Positions 49,034-56,621 of a stretch of 56,621 bases of DNA are shown piece by piece. Under the pieces are notes generated by a model. That model worked only from the letters and a program-made list of their open reading frames with translations, made no database searches and was not told where the DNA came from. The position numbers and the translations under genes were made by a program. The first letter of the stretch is position 1, and every line of letters starts with the position of its first letter. This stretch comes from Elusimicrobiota bacterium (GTDB lineage Bacteria; RUG730; JBDRED01), in contig JBDRED010000025.1 in NCBI GenBank assembly GCA_043820025.1, positions 1 through 56,621 on the forward strand. The letters run 5' to 3'.

Positions 49034-49753
49034 ATGAAACTTAGAGTTGATGATTTATATAAAAGTTATAATAAACGATTTGTTGTTAACGGAGTGCATT
49101 TAGAGGTTAACCAGGGCGAGATAGTCGGCCTTCTTGGCCCGAATGGCGCGGGTAAAACAACTACATTTTATTCAACTGTGGGGCTTATTACTCCGGATAA
49201 AGGCGAGATATATTTAGATGATATTCCGATCTCAAGCATGCCTATGTATAAAAGGGCTCAGCTTGGAATAGGGTATCTTTCCCAGGAGCCTTCAATATTT
49301 CGAAAGCTTACAGTAGAAGAAAATGTTATGGCTATTTTAGAATATCTGCCTATAAGTACTGAAGAGAAAAAAATTAAACTGGAGAAACTTCTCAATGACT
49401 TAGGCATCGCGTGGCTGCGCGGCAGAAAAGCGTATTCATTATCCGGCGGAGAAAAGAGAAGAGTGGAGATCTGCAGGGCGCTGGTTAATACTCCCAAGTT
49501 TATTTTATTGGATGAGCCGTTTGTCGGTATTGATCCGATCGCAGTAGATGATATTCAAAAGATAGTTTTTGATTTAAAGAAACGAGGATTTGGCGTATTA
49601 ATAACCGACCATAATGTGCGTGAAACACTTGAGGTTATTGATAGAGCTTATATTATGCATGACGGTAAAATTTTATTAGAAGGCACGGCTAATGAGTTAA
49701 TCAACAGCGAAGAGGCAAAGAAGGTGTATCTGGGCGAGTCCTTCACTATGTAA
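49034..49753 (+). CDS. lptB: LPS export ABC transporter ATPase
   Basis: GPNGAGKTT, QEPSIFRKL, LSGGEKRR, DEPF.GIDP, ITDHNVRETL. Confidence 0.97.
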   Translation: MKLRVDDLYKSYNKRFVVNGVHLEVNQGEIVGLLGPNGAGKTTTFYSTVGLITPDKGEIYLDDIPISSMPMYKRAQLGIGYLSQEPSIFRKLTVEENVMAILEYLPISTEEKKIKLEKLLNDLGIAWLRGRKAYSLSGGEKRRVEICRALVNTPKFILLDEPFVGIDPIAVDDIQKIVFDLKKRGFGVLITDHNVRETLEVIDRAYIMHDGKILLEGTANELINSEEAKKVYLGESFTM

Positions 49754-49770
49754 CGCGTATCCAAATTATT

Positions 49771-50379
49771 ATGATCAAATCAATTATTTTCGATTTAGGA
49801 AATGTCCTGGTTAATGTAAATGAAGAGATTTTTTACAGTGGGTTAGGATTGAGCCGGGATGTTTACAAAGACAATAATTCCTCTTTAATGAGGGAAGTAA
49901 CGGCTCAAAAAAAACTTTATGAAACAGCGGTAATAACCGGCAGAGAATTTTACGAGCGTGTAAATAAAATTTCAAATGCCAAACTTACCGAATCCGATTT
50001 TCAGGTTTTGTGGAATAGCATTTTTACCATTAAAGACGGTATTTCTGAAATACTTTCCAATTTATCGAAAAACCATGATTTGTTTATGCTTTCAAACACA
50101 AACGAACTCCATTTCGCGGCAATAGAAAGAGACTATCCGGATCTGATTAAATTATTTAAAAAGTGTTTCCTCTCATACAAGATTGGTTTTATGAAGCCTG
50201 ACAGCGAGATATTTAAAAATGTGTTGGAAAATATTCCATATAAAGCTGAAGAATGTATTTATGTTGACGATATAAAAGATTTTACAGATGACGCGAAAAA
50301 ATTTGGATTTAATGTTATTGCGTTTAAATCAATAGATGAATTAAAGAAAGAATTGAAGAATAAAGGCGCGATATTATGA
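49771..50379 (+). CDS. HAD family phosphatase (YihX-like)
   Basis: FDLGNVL, LSNTN, KP, YVDD. Confidence 0.88.
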   Translation: MIKSIIFDLGNVLVNVNEEIFYSGLGLSRDVYKDNNSSLMREVTAQKKLYETAVITGREFYERVNKISNAKLTESDFQVLWNSIFTIKDGISEILSNLSKNHDLFMLSNTNELHFAAIERDYPDLIKLFKKCFLSYKIGFMKPDSEIFKNVLENIPYKAEECIYVDDIKDFTDDAKKFGFNVIAFKSIDELKKELKNKGAIL

Positions 50380-50897
50380 GAAAATACAGAAACAAAATAT
50401 TTTTTATTATTGCCGCTTTCATTGTTTTGGCGTCATTTCTATATGCGGCTTCGGCAGGCCGCGTTAAAATGAATCCTGCTGAAATAATATTCGACGACGG
50501 AGATTCATTTGGATATCATGGAGTTAATATAAGATTACTTGGAATAGATACTCCGGAAATAATTCATAAAGAGCATGGAATATATGAGAATCAACATTTA
50601 GGGCTTGAGGCCGCAGAGTTTACCAGAAAAGCGTTTTCCGAAGCAAAGGATGTATTTTACGAGCCTTTTACTAAAGATAGGTATGGCAGGACGCTGGCGC
50701 ATGTTATTATTGACGGCGAACTATTAGCAGTAAAGCTTATTGAGGCAGGCCTTGCGTATGAAACAATATCTCAATATGGCGATAATGGTTTTAAGGAGTA
50801 TGGCGATAAGATACTCAACGCTTGGAATAAAGTTCCAAGGCCGACATTTACAAATCCGTTTTATTGGAGAAAAAAACATCAGAAGAAGAGAGAATAA
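50376..50897 (+). CDS. Secreted thermonuclease (SNase family)
   Basis: DGDS, IRLLGIDTPE, DRYGRTLA; signal peptide. Confidence 0.9.
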   Translation: MRKYRNKIFFIIAAFIVLASFLYAASAGRVKMNPAEIIFDDGDSFGYHGVNIRLLGIDTPEIIHKEHGIYENQHLGLEAAEFTRKAFSEAKDVFYEPFTKDRYGRTLAHVIIDGELLAVKLIEAGLAYETISQYGDNGFKEYGDKILNAWNKVPRPTFTNPFYWRKKHQKKRE

Positions 50898-50899
50898 AA

Positions 50900-51424
50900 A
50901 TGAGACAATGGATTAAAATAATTTTAGTATGCGTTTTCTGCGTTAATATTCTGCACGCAAAGCAGGCGCGCGTCACGCATGTTATTGACGGCGACACGAT
51001 TATAGTGGACGGTTTAGAACACATAAGATTGCTTGGAGTAAATACTCCGGAGGTTCAGAATCCGTACAGAAATGCGGAATACTTTGGCGCACAAGCCTCA
51101 AGTTTCACTAAAAGAATGCTAAATAATAAAAATGTTGTATTAGAATACGATGCGGCTGATAAAGCTTCCGGATACAAAGATAAATACGGAAGGACGCTGG
51201 CGTATGTGTATATAGCGCCTGACGATTTGTCATGGTGGTTTAAATGGAAATATAAATATAAAAAAATCAGCAAAAAAAATCTATGCGCGAATGAAGAGTT
51301 ATTAAAGAATGGTTTTGCTTATGCGATGAAATACTTTGATTACAAAGAAAAACCGCTTTATTTAAAGCTGGACGAAGACGCGCGCAATAAAAAACTGGGA
51401 TTCTGGAAAAAGAAGAGAAAGTAA
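50900..51424 (+). CDS. Secreted thermonuclease (SNase family), second copy
   Basis: VIDGDT, IRLLGVNTPE, DKYGRTLAYV, G.W; signal peptide. Confidence 0.92.
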   Translation: MRQWIKIILVCVFCVNILHAKQARVTHVIDGDTIIVDGLEHIRLLGVNTPEVQNPYRNAEYFGAQASSFTKRMLNNKNVVLEYDAADKASGYKDKYGRTLAYVYIAPDDLSWWFKWKYKYKKISKKNLCANEELLKNGFAYAMKYFDYKEKPLYLKLDEDARNKKLGFWKKKRK

Positions 51425-51485
51425 GAAAAACGAAAAACATGAGTATTGTTTTTAATAGAAGATGCAAAAAAATAAAAAGATATTC

Positions 51486-51515
51486 TTGACTTTCATTGTA
51501 ATGATAATGTATATT
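51486..51515 (+). promoter_or_regulatory. Possible sigma70 promoter of the RHS gene
   Basis: TTGACT-18 nt-TATATT in an AT-rich intergenic region. Confidence 0.4.
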
Positions 51516-51630
51516 TTAAAATAATTAAGTGAGATGCAAGCTAAAGTTAGTATGAATAAAATGTATTAATAAAAAATTTAATTGTTTATGAATATTAAAA
51601 TTCGTTATATAGGAGGGCCGGGTATGTAAT

Positions 51631-54600
51631 ATGAACATAAAAAAAATCTTTCAAACCGCATTTCATTTTCTATTAGTCTTTTCATTTTTCTCAATTCTTA
51701 ATATTTTATACGCAGCTGAATCTTCGGGACCAAATCCGGGTAATCTAAGTCCAACCGGCACATTCGATACAACATTCACAGGTGCATTTACCTATACCTA
51801 TCCAATAGAGGTAGTTCAAGGCAGACAGGGTATACAGCCTAATTTGGCATTTGTATATAATTCTCAGGCAGGTAATGGATGGCTGGGAGTTGGATGGGAC
51901 CTAAGTGTAGGCGCTATATTTCGAAGCACTAGATATGGTATCCCAAAATATGATGACACTAGTTCCGGAACAAGTGATATCTTTATATTTAGTATTGCAG
52001 GACAGGCTAGTGAACTTGTAAAGGTTGGACAGGGATCAGATTATTGGGAATTTAGATCCCAGGTTGAAGCTGGATTTATGCGATTTCAATATTATTATAA
52101 TTCGCGTCAATGGATAGTTTTAGATAAAACCGGGAAAAAATATGAATTGAACGGACTTGTTGAGGTTAATGGGAAATATACATATTGGGGATTAACGAAG
52201 GTAACAGATACTAATGGTAATTATATGCAAATTCAGTATCCTGCACCTAAGATTACCACATTTTCCGGAGGAGGAGCAGGAGTAATTAACTATTTACCAT
52301 CAAACATACTGTATACGGGAAAGGATGGGGATGCTCCTAAACAAGAGGTAGTATTCGAATATGAACCTCGTCCAGATATAATAACTAATTATAGGACAGG
52401 AGTTGAACAAAAACTTGATGAAAGGTTGAAGAGGATTATAGTTAAAAGTAATGGAGTCCTTATTCGAAAATATGAATGCAATTATATTACAAATATATCG
52501 GGGAATTCTCTATTAGAATATGTAAGGGTATATGGAAAAGATGGTATAAGTAGTTTGCCGGAAACAAAATTTAGTTATGATTCAGGTAATACCCTATTCA
52601 ATAGGGTTTGGAGTACAAACAATTTTGGTACTATAATAACAAATAATTTTACTGCCGCTGATTTTACAGGTGATGGTTTGTGTGATGCAAGTCTAAGTTA
52701 TTATGCTGATAATAAAACCAAATTTTATCGTGGAATAAATAATGGAAATAATCTAGATTACCAGTATTCCTTTGAAAAAGAAATCAGAATCCAGGATGGG
52801 AATACTATAAGGTATTATAAAACAAATGTAAGTAATGGGGATTTTGATGGTGATAATGAAGCAGATTTATGTTTGTTTTATACTGATTATGCCGGATTTG
52901 CGCATTTAATTCCTGAAATAGCCATAAATGGATACAATATCCAAAATTGGAGCGGGCTTACATTTAATAGCGATGACAAATTTATGCCGGATTGTTTGCT
53001 TGTGGGTGATTATAATGGAGATGGGAAGAGCGATATTTTTGTTAATAGATATCAGGATGGAGGATGGGTGGCAACCAGTAATGGCAGTGGCTTTAATTCT
53101 TCAAAGTGGGTAGCAAATGGTGATATGCTCTATTATGGTAATACATGGAAAACCGGCGATTTTAACGGAGATGGCTATAGTGATATTCTATATTATGATG
53201 GTTGGAATTATGGCGGCAATATTAAAGTTGGGCTAAGTAATGGAAGTAATGGATTTAATGTTAGTGTGTGGAGTGATATTAATTTTGGCCTGGATGGAAA
53301 TGATGAAAGGGGTAAATTTCAAATAGGCGATTTTAATGGAGATGGATTAAGTGATATATCTTTTTGGGATTGGGAAAATGGGAAAACTTGGATTGGTTTA
53401 AGCACAGGTAAAAGCTTTAATTTTAGTATTTGGAATAATGATTCTTGGCATGGAGAAGCTGTTTCAGATACTTTTTTAGCCGGCGATTTTAACTCTGATG
53501 GTTTAACGGATTTGTCTTTTTATAAGGAAGAATCATCAAATTTTTATGTTGGATACAGTAATGGCAGTAGTATTCCTTCTTGGCAGGTTATGGATACATT
53601 TAATTATGGGTCAAGGCCAAATAAAGCGCAGCGTCTAGGCGATTTTAATGGGGATGGTTTATTAGATGTTTGTTTCTATGACGGAGGGGAGACCACAGTA
53701 AGGGAAAATACAAGTAAGGTAAGCAATCTGGTAAATATTAAAAACATGCTCGGAGGGTCTATAAATATTGGTTATGGAACATATAGGCATAGTAATGTAT
53801 GGTATTTGCCTTTCCCTGTAAATGTGATTAAGAATATTAATACTTCAGATGGCATGGGTAATAATATTTCACTTACTTATTCATTTATTGATGGCTTGTT
53901 TGATAAGGAACCATATAGAAAACGTGAATTTTTAGGATTTAATACAGTTAGAACTGTAGATAGTATTGGGAATATATTAGAAGTCAAATATTTACAAACT
54001 CAAAATGCATTAAATGATATAAATATATTTAAAGGTCAAATATATGAAAAAGCATCCTATAATAGTAGTGGAAATCTTTTAACTAAAACAGTAAATACAT
54101 TCTCTTATAGCCGGCCTTTTTCAGGAGTATATTTTCCACAAATAATAAAAACTGATAATTACTTTTTTGATAAACATACTCAGACAGAGTTTTGCTATGA
54201 TGATTATGGCAACGTTACTCAAACATATTTTACAGGTGACGTAGATGTTTCGGGTGACGAGAATACAATTCAACTCGAATACGCTCGGAATACTGAAACT
54301 AATATGGTTAGTTATCCAAAACATGAAAAAATGTTAGACCATGAAGGAGATATTATAAAAGAGCTTTGGTATTATTATGATAATTCAAATGATTGGAATA
54401 CGCAGACACCTGTGAAAGGTAATATGTCAAGAACAGAAAAATGGAATAATAATGGTAATAAGCAAATAATAACTATGTCTTATGATCAATATGGCAATAT
54501 GACAGATACATATGATGCATTGTGGAACGAGACTAATGGTTTAGATGGAAATCACACACATATAGTATATGATGCTATTTTCCATCAGTATATTAGCGCA

Positions 54601-56621
54601 GCAAGTAATGGGCTTAATCATACAGAGCATTACACTTATAATGAAGCAGGTCAGGTTTTGACATATACTGATGCAAATAATAAAGTCACATCCAGTGAAT
54701 ACGATAATTATAGTAATATTATTAAGATAATTGGACATAAAGATTGTTCCGAGTATCCTACCACAACATATGAGTATTTTATTTATCAGGCTCCTCCTCA
54801 TAGAATAGTTACAACTCAGCGTGTAAACCATGGAGAAGCAGATATATTAAAAGTTTTTACATTTATTGATGGTTTGGGAAGAACCTGCCAGACGAAGGGG
54901 CCTGCATCGAGTAATAAACAGGTAATATCAGATATAGTAAAATACAATCTAAGAGGAGGGGTTGAAAGATCCTATGTGCCATATACTTCAGTTTATTCAG
55001 AAGAATATACTGCTCCGGATTATAATAAACCTTCTTCTTTAAATATTTATGACGAATTAGGAAGAATCATACAAATAACTCAGCCTGACGGCACGACTAT
55101 TAAGAAAATATATTCAAACTGGAATGAAACTATTCTTGACGGAAAAAACGTAGCCAAAGATTATATTAAAGATGTTTATGGGAGAATAAGAGAGGTTCAC
55201 GAACACAACACCGGAGAGGAATACATTACAAAATATGAGTACAATGCGCTTGGAAACTTAATAAAGCTGATAAATGATAAAGGAGATATTACAACAATTA
55301 ATTATGACAGTCTCGGCAGGAAGGTCAGTATGCAGGATTCTGTTATGGGCGATTGGCATTACGCATATAATATTAATAATAATTTAGTGGCTCAGACAGA
55401 TAATAAAAATCAAACTATAGAAATGAATTATGATAGATTAGGTAGAATTATTTTAAAAACATATCCGAATAATTCTAATATAGCATACGAATATGATAAT
55501 GGAAATAATGGTATTGGCAGGCTTACGCGTGTTACAGACCTATCAGGAACAACGGATTTTAGTTATGATGAATTAGGTAGGAATATTAGTAAAGCGCGTA
55601 CAATAAATGGTGTTGCAGGCACTAAAACTACGAGTAATGAATATGATGCTTTAGGCAGGCCTACAAAGCTGGTTTATCCTGATAATGATTTTATAAATTA
55701 TAAATATGAAACAGGAGTGCTGAAATCTATAAAAAATAGCGCGGATACTTTGTCTTACGCAGTATTAACTTATGATGAACAGGCTGTTGGAAAATTGTCA
55801 AGTATAGAATACGGAAATGGAATAGTAACTAACTATACATACAAACCAAATAATTTCCTCTTAGGTTCTTTAACAACAAGTAATAATGTGCAATATTATA
55901 GCTATGAGTATGATCCAATAGGAAATATTACACAGATAAATGAAAATGGGATCATAAAACAAAGATATACATATGATGATCTTTCAAGATTAACAAGGGC
56001 TGAAGGTGATTATGGCGCAAAGGAATACATTTATGATAGTATAGGGAATATTGAAAACACTGCGTCTGCAAATAATAGTTTTGTGGGATGCGATGATTTT
56101 GACGGACTTAGTGTAACGGGGGGAGTAAGCAGCTGCAGCGGCAGGTTAAGCGGAGGCATATATTTTAATGGCTGTGGATCATGTGAAATTGAAGGCTCGG
56201 ATAAGCTGGCACTTAATACATTAGGAATAGAGTTATGGATATTGCCAGAGGCTTCGGATAGCGGATATATTGTGTTAAAAGAAGGTTCTTATGGGATAAG
56301 AATAATTGATAATAATATTATGGGTAGTGTTATTATTGATAATATAGAATATAGCGTGACTGCTGAAAATTGTGTGAGGCTTAATGCCTGGCAGTATATT
56401 GTAATGACCCATGATGGAAATAATTTAAAAATATTTGTCAATGGTATTGAAAAAGGGAGTGTTCAAGTACAAGGATGCATAGATATTTCAGATAAAAAAG
56501 TGATAATAGGCAATTCAGATGGTAAGTATATACATAATTATCAAGGCAGAATAGATGAATTACATATTTCAAATAATGTTATGCCGCCTGCGTTTATATT
56601 TAATAATTATAAAGCTATGCC
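51631..56621 (+). CDS. Giant secreted SpvB/TcB-FG-GAP-YD/RHS repeat protein with LamG domain (3'-truncated by the window edge)
   Basis: Hand-translated in frame 1: signal peptide ending LYA; GAFTYTYPI...QPNLAFVYNS..GNGWLGVGW; 7 DF/YxxDxxxD repeats; REFLGF; many YDxxGR/N repeats; WQYIVMTHDG..LKIFVNG...QGRIDELHI; no stop seen and no in-frame ORF in the track. Confidence 0.92.
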   Translation, partial: MNIKKIFQTAFHFLLVFSFFSILNILYAAESSGPNPGNLSPTGTFDTTFTGAFTYTYPIEVVQGRQGIQPNLAFVYNSQAGNGWLGVGWDLSVGAIFRSTRYGIPKYDDTSSGTSDIFIFSIAGQASELVKVGQGSDYWEFRSQVEAGFMRFQYYYNSRQWIVLDKTGKKYELNGLVEVNGKYTYWGLTKVTDTNGNYMQIQYPAPKITTFSGGGAGVINYLPSNILYTGKDGDAPKQEVVFEYEPRPDIITNYRTGVEQKLDERLKRIIVKSNGVLIRKYECNYITNISGNSLLEYVRVYGKDGISSLPETKFSYDSGNTLFNRVWSTNNFGTIITNNFTAADFTGDGLCDASLSYYADNKTKFYRGINNGNNLDYQYSFEKEIRIQDGNTIRYYKTNVSNGDFDGDNEADLCLFYTDYAGFAHLIPEIAINGYNIQNWSGLTFNSDDKFMPDCLLVGDYNGDGKSDIFVNRYQDGGWVATSNGSGFNSSKWVANGDMLYYGNTWKTGDFNGDGYSDILYYDGWNYGGNIKVGLSNGSNGFNVSVWSDINFGLDGNDERGKFQIGDFNGDGLSDISFWDWENGKTWIGLSTGKSFNFSIWNNDSWHGEAVSDTFLAGDFNSDGLTDLSFYKEESSNFYVGYSNGSSIPSWQVMDTFNYGSRPNKAQRLGDFNGDGLLDVCFYDGGETTVRENTSKVSNLVNIKNMLGGSINIGYGTYRHSNVWYLPFPVNVIKNINTSDGMGNNISLTYSFIDGLFDKEPYRKREFLGFNTVRTVDSIGNILEVKYLQTQNALNDINIFKGQIYEKASYNSSGNLLTKTVNTFSYSRPFSGVYFPQIIKTDNYFFDKHTQTEFCYDDYGNVTQTYFTGDVDVSGDENTIQLEYARNTETNMVSYPKHEKMLDHEGDIIKELWYYYDNSNDWNTQTPVKGNMSRTEKWNNNGNKQIITMSYDQYGNMTDTYDALWNETNGLDGNHTHIVYDAIFHQYISAASNGLNHTEHYTYNEAGQVLTYTDANNKVTSSEYDNYSNIIKIIGHKDCSEYPTTTYEYFIYQAPPHRIVTTQRVNHGEADILKVFTFIDGLGRTCQTKGPASSNKQVISDIVKYNLRGGVERSYVPYTSVYSEEYTAPDYNKPSSLNIYDELGRIIQITQPDGTTIKKIYSNWNETILDGKNVAKDYIKDVYGRIREVHEHNTGEEYITKYEYNALGNLIKLINDKGDITTINYDSLGRKVSMQDSVMGDWHYAYNINNNLVAQTDNKNQTIEMNYDRLGRIILKTYPNNSNIAYEYDNGNNGIGRLTRVTDLSGTTDFSYDELGRNISKARTINGVAGTKTTSNEYDALGRPTKLVYPDNDFINYKYETGVLKSIKNSADTLSYAVLTYDEQAVGKLSSIEYGNGIVTNYTYKPNNFLLGSLTTSNNVQYYSYEYDPIGNITQINENGIIKQRYTYDDLSRLTRAEGDYGAKEYIYDSIGNIENTASANNSFVGCDDFDGLSVTGGVSSCSGRLSGGIYFNGCGSCEIEGSDKLALNTLGIELWILPEASDSGYIVLKEGSYGIRIIDNNIMGSVIIDNIEYSVTAENCVRLNAWQYIVMTHDGNNLKIFVNGIEKGSVQVQGCIDISDKKVIIGNSDGKYIHNYQGRIDELHISNNVMPPAFIFNNYKAM

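Noticed and set aside
52928-54831. Three short ORFs in the track (52928, 54121, 54541)
   Set aside because: Off-frame or antisense to the continuous frame-1 RHS gene

Overview
AT-rich chromosomal segment from a diderm, LPS-making bacterium. The rny-ymdB-folD-xseAB-ispA block together with lpx/kds/lpt genes suggests an Elusimicrobiota-like or related uncultured lineage (inference only). The core is housekeeping: lpxB, zapB-zapA-6S RNA-rarA-ygfA-rny-ymdB-folD-xseAB-ispA, an NCS2 permease, an NTase-TPM-LemA module, tRNA-Arg(ACG)-tadA-lpxA-lpxI-gnnB-gnnA, a sigma-70 factor, apt, comEC, PBP1A, suhB, and a heptose/Kdo/LPS-export cluster. There are three tRNAs. Both ends hold truncated accessory genes for large surface proteins. 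The left end is a GNVGIG-repeat fibre with a C-terminal S74 chaperone, abutting the tRNA-Leu 3' end. The right end is a >1660-codon ORF missing from the ORF track (signal peptide, SpvB/TcB-like domain, 7 FG-GAP repeats, YD/RHS repeats, then a LamG domain), preceded by an ATG-TAA start-stop element and two tandem secreted nucleases. Other points of interest are a Leptospira-like lipid A gene set, an internally duplicated LptA, two unannotated basic mini-proteins, a ~105-nt intergenic hairpin, a dual-start DJ-1 gene and two probable leaderless genes. No CRISPR array, integrase or transposase is visible.
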